A stretch of DNA of 55,923 bases, counting the filler, from Sphacelaria rigidula (taxonomy: Eukaryota), in assembly GCA_964200075.2 (NCBI GenBank). It is 6 parts of 6 records of this genome, joined end to end, with 100 filler letters (N's around TTAATTAATTAA, not from the genome) between each part and the next. Parts side by side here need not be neighbours in the genome. Positions count along the whole stretch, not along the records: positions 1 to 9,238 come from CAXNAA020008957.1; positions 9,339 to 18,576 come from CAXNAA020008958.1; 4 more parts are not named here. One strand, given 5' to 3'. A model generated the notes under the pieces. It was not told the DNA's origin and ran no database searches. It saw only the letters and a list, made by a program, of their open reading frames with translations. Position 1 is the first letter of the stretch, and every line of letters starts with the position of its first letter. Below, in pieces: positions 1-11,894 of this stretch. A program made the position numbers and the translations under genes.

Positions 1-68
1 CCCGGCTTTGTAGGGATGCGAGATCAATGGTCATATGACTATGGCATGCATGATCATGAGTACACCCC
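1..68 (+). repeat. Dispersed ~480-bp repeat family A, C-run end only (cut by window/contig start)
   Basis: cccggctttgtagggatgcgagatcaatggtcatatgactatggcatgcatgatcatgagtacacccc matches the ends of the copies at 33731-34200 and 37354-37836. Confidence 0.9.
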
Positions 69-1013
69 AAAACATACTAGAGAATGAGCAAGCGGCCTAC
101 TGGCTCATGGACGCTGAAGGGGTTAAACAGGGAGGCAGGCGTCAGGGTTGGATTGTGGAACCCCACTCACCCACCCGCCAACAACCCGTCCATTTTGATC
201 GCGATTCGAAAGTTACCCGTCATTCTTTGCAGTTCAATGTTTCGTCAGTGTTAACCGTGTTGGTCGCGGGGCTCATTCACAATCATTATTTGGAGAATTG
301 TTGATGTGTTGCGTTTCAATCGAAGACACGGAAATCATCGATGAAAAACCATGCAATGGAGCAGGGGAGTTGAACGCAGGAGGCATGTCAATCTAAGCCT
401 TGAGGTTACTTTCAAAGCAAAATGATGCCCTCTCCTCGGGCAGTCTTCTCAGAGACCTTTGTCGCAACTCATTTTGTACTTTTCCATCGCCGCGGGCGAG
501 AATTGAGCAAGCTTGACTAGCGACAAACGCGTGTAGAATTTCGAGCGCAAGCCGCAATTGGAGATGGTCGCAACAAGCTCATTGCCAGAAATCGCGTGTA
601 GTATCTGACCCGCGGCCGCACCAAACTATTGACTATATATATTAGAGTTTCGGAAAACAAAAACAGACCGGAAAAACTCCGGGATAATTGTCGTATTGTT
701 GAATTTAATGAGAAGACGAAAATTATCCCCAAGTTGTTGGATCATCTTCCCCCCCCCCCGAAACCCATTGTCCAGGGTGTGAAATATTGACAAATCAAAT
801 ATATTTGTTCTGTTTGCATATATTTCCTATATCAAAGAAACGGAACGGTAATTATAATGTGTGCTGTGGCTGCGGGTCTGACTGATCGACAAAAAGTAGA
901 AAGCATACGTGTCCGTTCGTCGTCGCTTCCAAGCACGGGAGTGAGGCGTCGCGACAGTACCGGGGACCTGGCGCCAACACTTCTGTGAACGCAAAAAGCC
1001 GCGCAGTGAAAAA

Positions 1014-1230
1014 ATGTACACGCGTGTATTGATACGGCAGGCGGCGTCGAGCTCGGCGGTAGTTAGATCAGCAGCAGCTGCAGCCTCATCTTCATCAGCC
1101 AAAATTGCGCAACAGCAGCAAACTCGCGGTGCAGCGCAGCCGTACCTGATGTCAGCATCTCGCGCAATGTCCACAGCGGCTACTGGCGCTGAGAGATGGA
1201 GGGAGCTTTCTGTTCTCATAGTCATGCAAG
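1014..1230 (+). CDS. Probable first coding exon; mitochondrial-presequence-like N-terminus (rest of gene not seen)
   Basis: aaaaATG start. MYTRVLIRQAASSSAVVRSAAAAASSSSAKIAQQQQTRGAAQPYLMSASRAMST is Arg/Ser/Ala-rich with no acidic residues. Donor-like CAAG|GTATTC at 1230/1231. Confidence 0.55.
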
Positions 1231-2060
1231 GTATTCGACCGTGATGTTTTCTTGTGTATCGCGTTCTTTAGTCACTGTTGGTATCTCTGCTGCACCTTTC
1301 CTGTTCCGTGTGGGTGCCTAAATTCGACAGTACAACCAGCGCACAAGGAGTTATAGTCATCTACAGTAGTCTACAGTAGTATCTGTTGTCTGCAGAGGTC
1401 TTTCGTCCCAATACTGTCTGTAATCCTTGTGCGTCGTGTACTTGACTCTGCGGACTAAAATTCCGTGTCGAGGGTCTTCTGTTCGAACCCCCACTGCCCT
1501 GACTTCCAGAACAATCGTTCCCACGGAATGAGGAAGCTTCAGCAGGCGTCGTTGAGCTTTTGGTTTTAGATACCCATCCCCACTTTCGAGGAGCTGCAAC
1601 TGTGCTTGCTTTGGCATGGGTGTACTTCGTCGTGCAGCACCCCGGGTGGTATCGTGAGTATGCCCTAGTTGTAGTTGTGCAGAGTCTAATTGCAAGGATA
1701 CAACTGCAGTCAGCACAATAGTGCATCGGCAGAGACGAATGTGTCACAGCGACATCGCTGAGCCTAAACCGTGTCTGATTTTATTGTATCAAGAACTATC
1801 GAGAGTAGTGTCGTACAGTGCAGCAGAGTTCGTATGACTTGGTCACATCAGGAGGATCACGTCAAGTGCCGTCCGTGACGCAGTATAGGGAAACCCCTGC
1901 AAGTGAGGGGTTGGCTGCTAGACCTCGGAAACTTGAAAACTCCCCAACGGGGGTGCGTTCCAGGGTGTAGTACATAGAGTCACCAGGTTCAGTACCGTAG
2001 CTATCAGTACAGTTCCAAAAATAAGCGGAAACTCTCATTTTGGGGTGTTGTTCAGGGGGG

Positions 2061-2299
2061 TGTTATTTGTTCGCCCAGGCGCAGGATAAATTGTTTACAT
2101 CGTCCATTGGAGAACACCCGAGTAAAGCTGTAGCTCGGGGGTGCGTAGTCAAGAATACAACGAGTGACCAAGGTGGGCGCTGCATGGCCACTGTGACCAC
2201 AGTACTGTTCCACATTCGCACACACATGACCGTCAAGACTCGTCTGCCACCTCGATCCTCTCGTATCGACGAAGACCCCTCTCACTGATATGCTCACCA
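2061..2299 (-). repeat. Putative 3' LTR of the copia element
   Basis: TGT...CCA; aligns by eye to 8525-8765. Preceded on the minus strand by the purine tract GGTGGAAGGGGG (PPT-like, 2303-2315). Confidence 0.65.
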
Positions 2300-2662
2300 G
2301 GACCCCCCTTCCACCTTGTTGTGACACATCAGTGATCAAAGCTTTTAGAAGAAGAAATTGGTGACAAATCCCGAGCTTCCGAGCAAAAACTCCCCACACA
2401 CAACTCCAACGCTTGTGCCCTAATCCAGCAGCTCTCCCTGTAGACGCCCAGTCAGGGCAGATGCACGTTGTGTCGCGAATGACCTGACAACCCCATGCCC
2501 CCCGGAGTATCGTGGCTGGGTTTCCCCGACATACACACAAGTGCATTACATCAACCATGACCTGATAGACGCACACCCAAGAATATGTGCCTACCCGCCA
2601 TCCTTCATATTCATCAAGGCGCGTCGATGCCTCTTGAACAACGTGACCGGTGGTTGGTTTTG

Positions 2663-3060
2663 TCAAAATGTCTGCATGCTGCCACTCAGATTACACTCGT
2701 GTACGATGTTGATGGTTTCGGTCTCCAAAAAGTCCTGAAGGAAATGCCATATCACTTCAATATGCTGACTATAACTCGAGCTCAGAGGTGTTTCAGCCAC
2801 GGCCTTGGCCCGCTGGTTGTGCTCGTGAAAAACAAGATAATACCCTGCCGCACGCCCCAGCACAACTCTCGGTCGCGGGAAAGAAAAACCTGTCCTTGAA
2901 AACATGCACTCCTCTGCCCCTTCGGTCATCGCGCCATACTCGGCCTCTGGTCGATATAACGTTACACAGTACTGGATACCACTGGCGCTAGATACCGCTA
3001 CTCTCCTGTGCATCACCGCTGCCCCGAAAACCAACCGCCTATCCGTCTTCTTGGCATGAT
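2663..3060 (-). pseudogene. Copia RNase H remnant
   Basis: CVTL..AEYGAMTEGAEECMF and HNQRAKAVAETPLSSSYSQHIEVIWHFL resemble the Ty1/copia RNase H motifs (EAEY; DNQ..HIDV.YHF). Confidence 0.8.
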
Positions 3061-5444
3061 TGGCGTCACAGTATACCCGAAGCGCAGTCTAACCTGATTT
3101 GAACGTTAGGCCGTACTCCCTGGTTCTATTCAGGTACGCCGCCACTTGAAGAGGTTGCTCCCAATGCCTCTCACGTGGGTCATGCGACTGACGGGACAGG
3201 GCTCGAGCTACGTTGGCTGTGTCCGACCTGGTCACACCTGCCAGGCACGTCAGTCCTGCCGCACCACGGTATGGACGGTCTACGACCGAGTCTCCCGCTG
3301 TTACCGGCCCCAAGTCTACGTAAGTTGAGGCAGGGATATCCAGAAAAGCCATAACCTCGAAGCCTTCAAACAGGGTGTCTTTGGATGTTTTTCTGCTTCA
3401 TGGACGGGGTACCCTTCGTCCAGCCCCTCCCCGTGGCACATCCTATGTACCACATGATCTCTCCCGTAGGTTGTTTGTGTTGAGAGTTCACTCTTCAAAA
3501 CATTCTTGATCGCATCTCCGTCCTCTTTCTTACCACTTGTATAGGCGCTGTCCACGTGTACAAACACGTCCCCATTCCCCTTTTTTTTTCAGACAACAGG
3601 GTCGGCTTGACTTTGTACCACCCCTGCATCCTCCAACGGTGCCTTACAGAGTAGTAGGGACCACTGCCTAACTCCCTGCTTAACACCATATATATATATA
3701 TATCATTTGGATCTTTCACTCCATCCAGGGAGGTTATCGTACCCATTCGGTCGCTTCAGGTGCGCATCTTTGTCCATTTCTGCTCTAACAAAAAATCTTG
3801 AATGATATCAATGTGGCACAGGGGCCATCCCTCCTGCCCCGCAACAGCCATGTCCAATTTTATTGACGTGATGGCCAGGGTAGCTGTAAACGTTTCAAAG
3901 TAGTCTACCGCACAAATCGTTGTTCATATCCGCGTGCTACGAGTCGTGCGTTCGCCTTGGTGATCATTCCCTCGGCGTCAGTTTCCCATTTAAATACCCC
4001 ATTTCGCCGCTAGGATATTGTGCTCTGTCGGGTATGCTACTCGTTGAAAATGTTCCTGCAGTTTCGTGCCCGTTCAAGTATGCACGCATGACACTGACCC
4101 ACTCTTCATTGTACTCCGACTTCCCTGCATCGTATATGTTCACGGGGGGACTTTCAACAACTTCACTTACGTGCAAACCGATGGGGGAACGCAAACCAAC
4201 CTTCGGGTTGTAGTTTGTGTCAGTCTCCGCGGCCAAACCGAAGTAATCATGGTCGGCCAGCTCTCCCTCAATCATCGTGGTGGTACCGCCTCTCGCCTCT
4301 TGTCCGGCTGCTGCGATGATCATGTCTGTCGTCTCGCATCTCTCTTCCGCCATCCCTGCCAGCACCAATCCCGCTTCCGCTTCAGATTCCATTTTCCCCG
4401 ACCTAGCTTCTTATTTCACTTGGCCGCTTGTTGTTTTTTTCCACCTCGCTCACCAGCCCTGCTTTTGCGAAGCTTATTGCGGTTCGCAGGCCCTCCTCGT
4501 CTGCCTCTGCCGCCGCTCTTGCCGCACTGTCCATGCGACGCGCTATTTGAGGAGGCAAAGACACCTCATCGTTTAGCGCGCGACGGCGCAGCTCCGTTCT
4601 TGAGAGTTCAAAAGCTTTCCCCCCCCTCCTCCTCCCCGTTGACGTCGTTTTCCTCGGGGGTTTCCGTAGTTGTTGGCGGTACAGGTGGTGATTTTGCTGG
4701 TGACGAGGGTGCAGGCTCTGGTAGTGCCGGCTGCGTGGGTGAATGTTCGATCGGCGTCGGCGGCGTGGCAGTTGATGATGGTGTAGGCGGCGTAGCTGAT
4801 GTTGGTGTGTCTGGCGCCGCTGGTGACGTCGTGTATATGACGCCGAGCCCCGATCATTGATGGCGTCCTGAACGGAGGTCTAAGAAATTGCCCCGCCTCC
4901 TTCGCCCCCACAAGGGGATGGTGAAGTCATTCCACACCCCCCCCGCTATCAGCGGAGGCTGGCGGTGTGGCCTCGCCCCCCCTTCCTCCAGGGTTAGATG
5001 GGGAAGACGATGCGTGCTGTGAACCTTTGGGTGAAGCGCTCACAGCTGCGATTTATTCCACGGACTCGCTCTCGGCGTGCCCTTCCTCGATGTTGGCGTC
5101 CTTCCCTTACACTTGGCTTTAGGGATCGCGTGCTGTCTCGCGGGCAAGGGGGGTGGGTAGGAGAAACGTACGGTATAGTCGTCTGTCCTGGTGCTGGGCT
5201 AAGGTACCAGTAACCCTGTATCTTCGGCTGTAGCTCATTTTGTCCTCTTCGCCCTCCAAAGTCCTGGTCTCACGAAAATATTTGAACTACTATACGGCGA
5301 CGACCCGTGCTACATCCAATATAGCGTCCCGTGCTACATCCAACATGGCGTCCCGTTACCGGGGTTAGCCGAGGCGGCGGTACAGTTCAAAGCGTGGCAC
5401 GCCCAGTACGCTCGCTGTGCCCGCAGATTTTCACCATTGAGGAT

Positions 5445-5800
5445 TTACTGGTTCGGGTACATCTTGGATGCTTGGATGTTGTCCTCATGATCGCCTGACT
5501 CGATGCCGCCTATTGCACGTTCCGCAACACGGTTGAACTGCGGAGAGTCTACGGTTGTTTTTTCTTGTTTTATTTTTCCGTGGTCATACGGATCGTCAAA
5601 CCCACCCTCAGAAAATTCACCTCCACCATCGCTTCGGACCATCTCTACATTTCGGGGAGTGATTTTTTGCGCGATACTTTTCGAACAACTGTTCAGCCTC
5701 TCCCGGAGAAAGTACAGTCTAGTGTATCGCGAGCGGTCGTCCCGAATTATCATCATATACCGCCTTTCCCGCCCGGGATCCCACGGCTTTTGGCCTGGTG
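5445..5800 (-). pseudogene. Copia integrase core remnant
   Basis: RVFVDL / IIRDDRSRYTRLYFL / VRSDGGGEF / PQFNRVAER motifs spread over shifted frames. Confidence 0.85.
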
Positions 5801-6187
5801 AGATCTACGAAGACTCTGGATGCTGGTTTAGCTGCTCTTGTTTGAGTCGGTCTTGGAATGGGTCGGCGGAGTCCTTTTTCCTCCGAGCTCCTTCGCTGTC
5901 TTGTGCGGGAGATCCTCGTGCACGGGAGCTTGGGAACAATGGAAACTGTCGGTCTCAACGATCTGGGGGCTGGGTTGCGCCCCCGGGGCCATCACAGCGC
6001 ATGCTGATGCATTCTTGTCATGATTTGTTGGTGGATCAATGCGGTGAGCGTACATTTCGAGGAGTCTGTGCTTGCCGAGTATCCTCAGGGTGATGCCTGA
6101 TTTTACCTCCACTCGAAATCCGTCATGGGATCCTATGTATGTATGTATGTATTTTGCAGCTAAGATCCGGGTCAACGGCAAAAAATA

Positions 6188-6610
6188 ACGGTGAATCCTC
6201 GAAAATGGGGTTGAAAAGAAGAATGAGGTTCAACCCAAAAGCCGTGCTTTCCCTGACCTAAATTCATGACACATGACTTTCGTATGAACCACCCCATCCC
6301 TCCCGATCCCCCTAAAACTCTTACGGGGGATTTCTAGCCTTCCATTCCCCCAAAGGGTATGTGCGAAAGTACGATTTTTGTCTCGATTTTGGGGTGTAAA
6401 GAAAAACGTTTTTTGTTCCAAAAATCGTACTTTCGCACACACCCTCTGGGGGAACGGAAGGCTAGAAATCCCTCAAAATAGTTCTAGGGAGGTCGGGAGG
6501 GATGGTGTGGTCCATATGAAAGTCATTTTTCATCAATTATGGTCAGGGAAAGCACGGCTTTTGAGTTGAACCTCATTTTGTTTTCAACCCCATTTTCGAG
6601 AATCCACTGT
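6188..6610. mobile_element. Foldback/MITE-like whole-element palindrome inserted in the copia pol region
   Basis: ACGGTGAATCCTCGAAAATGGGGTTGAAAA...TTTTCAACCCCATTTTCGAGAATCCACTGT; ~190-bp arms around a short centre near 6395. Confidence 0.9.
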
Positions 6611-7536
6611 TGAATGGTGATGGACTCGTTGTGCGTGGTCTACATCCTTGACATGCAACACTCCACCGCGTCCGCCAGATCGAAAAGCGAGAGTCAAGTT
6701 ACCCCTGCCAACGATCGGATCAGTACTACACTTAGTAACCTATCCCTGCATTATCGGTACCCCGTGGGCGTTTGACACGGGAGTTACCTCAGTGCCTTTC
6801 CGGGCAGTCTCTCGCCCGCTGCGTTTTCATCCGCCTGCAGATGTGACAGCGCCACTGTGTTGCACCCGTCGATTGGCTGCTCGATGAGGATGTCGACGGC
6901 TGGTCACAGCCCTGGTCTCTGGACGTTCCCGCGACGTGGACTCTGGCTATTCCCCGGTTTTCCCTTCCGGCGCGAGCCGTTAGGTTTGCCGGATTGGCTC
7001 TTGACAAGAAGGGCCTGATCATCGGAGGAAGTTTTCTTGACTTTTTGCGAGCTCCTGCTTGTAGATTGCTTATCCATTCTCGAACAGAATCAACCACGGT
7101 TTCGCGCCAGAAAGAGGCCTCCATGGTACTCCGGCATTCAGTTGCACTCGGGAGGGAGGGTGTAGACGAATTTCAAAAGAGTGTGCGCTTCTATCACGTT
7201 GTTGTGGTCATCGCACGATCTTTACTGTCGCGACCCAAATCCTCCATTTTGATCAGTTTCTGGACTGCGTCATGTCGAACACCAATCTTGACATGATCGT
7301 ACTTCTCCAAATAATGCCCACCTAGCTAGCTCCAGTTTTTGCCTCAAGGCTGTATGACTCTTCCAGCTTGCGCCACACGGCAGCATGGGAAGACATTCGG
7401 AACAGAATATCCTTCTCTCTTTTGCTTTCTAGACTCGCCACCAGCGTCTGCCTAGCTCTTATCTTCGCACCCAATACTTCCTTGCCGTGCCGTGCCGTAA
7501 CAGTGTCAACTCCGCATTTCCAACTTCCACGTCATA

Positions 7537-8020
7537 ACAGCCGATCATCGAACTTGAGGATGGAGCTTTGCATTGAGGATGAGAACCCTGAGGATTCAAA
7601 TCTTCGTATACACACCAAATCTTCGAAATATGGCTCCGTTCCGTCACCCACTGGTGGCTATTGACAAGCACTGCACGCCGTACAAACTACTGGTAGCTTT
7701 TGACAACTGCTACAACGCCCTACGAATTTGGATTTCGATAACCGAAATGTTGGCGTTCTAGATAAAGAAACCATTTTGGGGAATGTCGGCGATCCGATTG
7801 AATCGCCGAAATTCCTCAAAATTAGTTTTTCCATCGAAGACCCCAACATTTCGGTTATCGAAATCCAAATTTTGTGTGAAGCGTAAAACTTGTCAAGAGG
7901 GACCAGTAGGTGAAAAAAGGTAACCATGTTTCGAAGGTTTGGTGTGGATACGAAGATTTTAATCCTCCGGGTTCTCATCCTCAATGAAGAGCTTTATCCT
8001 CACTTTCGATGATTGACTAT
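7537..8020. mobile_element. Foldback/MITE-like palindrome inserted in copia gag (family B)
   Basis: Arms gatcatcgaacttgaggatggagct..cattgaggatgagaaccc / gggttctcatcctcaatgaagagctttatcctcactttcgatgat; homologous to 42835-43280. Confidence 0.9.
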
Positions 8021-8524
8021 TTCGCGCGAACTATCGTCAGACACCGTAAATACCCAGTCAAAGCCTCCGCTTATCGAAAAATCAACCAACGCTTGCTTGA
8101 AATTATTGAATTCGGAATTTTTTCCAGAAAACTTGGTACGGTAGCATGCCCCCAGCTCCGTCGCTTCCAGCCCTGTAGTCGCTCCATATGAAGCTCCCTG
8201 CCCGCTATGTTCGGCTGTTCCATTGAGCGGTTTTAGCTGCTGTATTGCTCTGCGTCCGTCCCTCCAGGAGATTCATCGTTGTCGTTAACGTCGCTTTGTT
8301 GTACGCCCCCCGGATTGTTGTGCTTGTACCACACCATCTACTTGACTCTGCCATTCAGTCTGCCTTGACTGCACATCTCCAACGAACACACTCAGTATAC
8401 TCAACTGGCTTGTCAACTGACTCGACATAGTTTGTAGTTGAGCGCTGACACCTGCTCTGCTCTCTGGAGGAGTAACAGACGTCCCGTCCTTTCCAGCCTT
8501 TCTGTCCAATCGGTCGAACACTAG

Positions 8525-8765
8525 TGTATTGGTTGGCTCAGACACAGGATGAATGATATATATCGTTCATTGAAGAGCACCTAAGCAAAGCTATAACCCG
8601 GAAATGTGAAGTCAAGAAGGAAATAATCGGTGATCAAGGTGGGGGGTGCATGGCCGCCGTGACTGCTATACTATCCCACATTTGCGCACACGTGACTATT
8701 AAGACGCGTACGTTACCTCGATCCTCTTGGATCTATCAAGATGCGTCTCACTGTATCTGCTCACA
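8525..8765 (-). repeat. Putative 5' LTR of the copia element
   Basis: TGT...ACA; shares caaggtgg..tgcatggcc..gtgac..ccacatt..aagac..cctcgatcctct..tctcactg..tgctcac with 2061-2299. Confidence 0.65.
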
Positions 8766-9238
8766 GGAATAGGTGGTGGTAATCAGCGTACGGGGGTTGT
8801 ATCGTACTGTCACATATGTATCAGCAGGAGGTGTCTTACATACAGTACAACAGTACAAGTACCGTTCGATGCGATGGTTGCAGTAAAAACCTGTCCCAAT
8901 CGGCAGGTGGAGAACGCGAAACTGCGGGAAGAAACGCGGGTTTCTCGCTCATTTCGAGCACGGATGCGGCAGTCCGCAGCGTCATACACCAGAGATAAAA
9001 TAGGTGACGGCTCAGTCTTCTACGCACCCTCCTGCTCATCTTTCCGTGAAATGATATGATCCAGAGAGTGTCCGGCTTTGTCCCTATGCTGAGTTGGCAT
9101 CATGTTCACTTCATAGATTCTTACCGGGCATACGGTAGGTTACACAGTACACCGTGACACCTGTACAGTAAACCCCCCCCCCTCCCCCCCCCCCACCCCA
9201 TCCCCCCCCCCCCCCGCCACCCGCTTCCTCCCCACCGC

Positions 9239-9338
9239 NNNNNNNNNNNNNNNNNNNNNNNNNNNNNNNNNNNNNNNNNNNNTTAATTAATTAANNNNNN
9301 NNNNNNNNNNNNNNNNNNNNNNNNNNNNNNNNNNNNNN
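9239..9338. other. Artificial contig spacer (N44-TTAATTAATTAA-N44)
   Basis: 100-bp spacer with a six-frame-stop core; five identical copies in the window. Confidence 0.97.
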
Positions 9339-10440
9339 GGGGGGCATTTGTGGGTGTCTTCTGTTTTTCTCTTTTCCCCCGTCTGGAGACCCGGGGGGGG
9401 GGGGGGGGGGGGGTGGGGGTATAAACCGTTTTCCAGTCTGTAAGGCCCCTTGCTGTACCCGGGGGCACATGTATTATTTCCGGTCTTAGAGCACGATTTA
9501 GAATGCAGCATGAGGTCTGGACCTAACAAGGTTCAATGTTCTTCACGCCAAAATGGATGTTGACTTCTGATTTGTACAAACGATCGTTTCTGCTGTAGTA
9601 CCCTACAGAAAATATTGATCAGCAGTTTGTCCCCTTTGGTGGATAGAATGGAGTGGGAGTCCTTCGATGGTATCGCTATAAACGCTAACTATAGTGTGCT
9701 GCTAAAATTATTTGCAATTGCTCTCATAATCAAATATGTTGTTGACTTCACAAAGCCTCTCATTTTATGAGGGTGTTGAAAACCGTGATACCAACCAGGG
9801 CGCTAACCAGGCACAACATTGACCCAAGACGTGCCTACTGAAAGTGGTTCGCTCGAGACGTAACAATGTCTCCACAATGTGTAAAGCACTACTTTTGCTT
9901 ACACTCGATCGACTCGCGTAGGTGAGCAGACAGACAGGGGTGCAAGAAAATGGCTCACCCTTGCAGTCGATCTCCTCCACGCAGAATCGTAGAATGCGTT
10001 TGGATCGACTTCCAGCAACGAACCAGTTGACCCAGCTATGCCTGAGCTTGCAGACAATTGAAACGAACTAACATTATTCTTGTCGTCGGGTGATCTCTCA
10101 AGGTTATCTGGCACACCCTCTGAAAATTTCCCGTTGTTGGGTTTGTCTACCAGAGCAGCTGCCATTGCTTCGAATAGAGACGGCCGCATCATGACAGCCG
10201 TGGTGGAGGAGCATGATCCCAACCAGGTTACCAGGCGGAGCTTGCGGGAAGAATGCGGTAGAACCGGAGTGAATAATTTTGTTCCCCCTCAGGTTCAAAT
10301 ATTGCGGCACAATAGCGCTGACCCGGCGTAGGGAGAAGGCAAATCGCGTTCTGCACAGCTTCAAAGAGCGTAACCTAGGTGCGGTCTGATGGTTTCAAGA
10401 GACAACTGGAGCAGCATCGTGCTCCGATGGTACGGTACAG

Positions 10441-11327
10441 ATGTCGCTTGAACATTCTCCAGTCGACGGTGCACCGGCTAGGGAAGCGGCCGCAGCGGCC
10501 GCAGGATGCCCGCTCGTAGTCCCTCTGTTGAGTGAACGTGCCACGCCGTCTTCGCCCGTGGTTCGTCGCCCCGTCTTTGCGAAGGATGCATCTCACCACA
10601 ATCTACGCTCACAGCCAGCACCTCCTTCAGGACCACCTCCTAGTACAGCATTCGGCCCTGGAGGGCGTCCTCCGACTGAACTACTCAATGCCCTCGAGTT
10701 GCGCTTGCCACAGGTCAGCCCCAGACCCACCAACACCTCGTCGGGTGACATGCGTAAGATAACGTCCGCGCCAAGCTTGCTCGTCATTGCAAGGCGCGAG
10801 AAGTTTGGATTGGCCCTGAAAGCAGAAGAAGAGGCGAAAGCGGATGCCCGGAAGAGAATAGATGGGATCACCGGGAAGCCGGTACAGACGGAATCTGTCT
10901 TAACTGCCATGGCAAAAGCGCACGAATCCGTCCAAATCATTCAGGAACTCCAGCGCTTGACCGAACTATCAAGAAACTCAGCTGCTACCCAGGAAATACA
11001 GCCTGTTGAATCACATCGCTTTCCAGAACGTGAACGGTTGGCTCAGAATGAGGCTGCAGCACGTAAAGTAGTCGAAGAAGAAATCGCGGCGAGCGTGCAT
11101 GATTCTGGGCAAAGGGACGAAATTCGGGAGATTCTTGTCGAGGTGGAAAACCGAACGCGGGAACGGCAGCGTGCAGAAGTACAGTTTAAAGCTGAGCAAA
11201 CAGCCCGAGATCTCGCCAAGGCCAAGCGAATGGCCGACATTAGAAGTCTAGCAAAGGAGGTAGCCAGAGTACCTGAAGCCGACGGTAGTACAGCAGCAAA
11301 CGAAGCTGAAAGAGAGGAAATCGAACG
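10441..11327 (+). CDS. Coiled-coil/ankyrin-repeat protein, first visible coding exon
   Basis: 296-aa ORF with Pro/Ser-rich start and E/R/A-rich coiled coil. Donor AACG|GTGAG (phase 2) fits the exon at 14377. Confidence 0.8.
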
Positions 11328-11894
11328 GTGAGAGTTGAGTAACATGGCATTGCGAAACAAAAAATGGAACTGAGCGTAGAGCATAAGCATGAGATGCCTC
11401 GAACAATCCCGCGTTGTCTTGAAGTCCATGGTCGAGACGACGATGGAGCACGCCAGGAAGAGGTGCTCTCTAATGATGTATTATTCCGTATGTACATGGC
11501 AAAACGTGTACGAATATGCACATGGACCCTAGCTTTTCCGGCCAGTCACGACTTGTGACCATGTCAACTGGTATATACTTTTCACAAGCTTTGCGTGGGT
11601 GAAGGCCAACGGAAAATATGTGGACCCTAGGTGGGTACATGAAGGCGGTTCGTGTGGTCGGTCACAGAAAGGAAGTCAAGTGTAGGACATACAACAGTAC
11701 AGAAGGAGGGCATGCATTTTTGCCCGAGACAGCAGGGTTCATGGGTGTCATGTATAACGACGAATTTGTGTACACTTGTTTCGCGGAGTACCCTCTCGCC
11801 AAGCTACCTATATCATACCGAATGTCGACACAAAGGCCATGATATGTGTACTCTCAAGTGTGGGGTTGTGTGTCAGTGGGATTTAACAACGTCA

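Larger units (their letters stand above)
2061..8765 (-). mobile_element. Decayed Ty1/copia LTR retrotransposon
   Basis: Minus-strand remnants in copia order: gag-like (8500-7000), protease-region GRGNLTLAFRSGG..VLHVKDV (~6720-6620), pre-integrase (5950-5880), integrase MIIRDDRSRYTRLYFL..VRSDGGGEF..SPQFNRVAERAI (5756-5445), RT remnants (3950-3090), RNase H AEYGAMTEGAEE..SQHIEVIWHFLQD (3034-2663). Many stops and frameshifts. Flanked by ~240-bp direct repeats. Confidence 0.88.

Noticed and set aside
4066..4860. 264-aa plus-strand ORF
   Set aside because: Antisense to the copia integrase-RT linker region; no independent coding signal.
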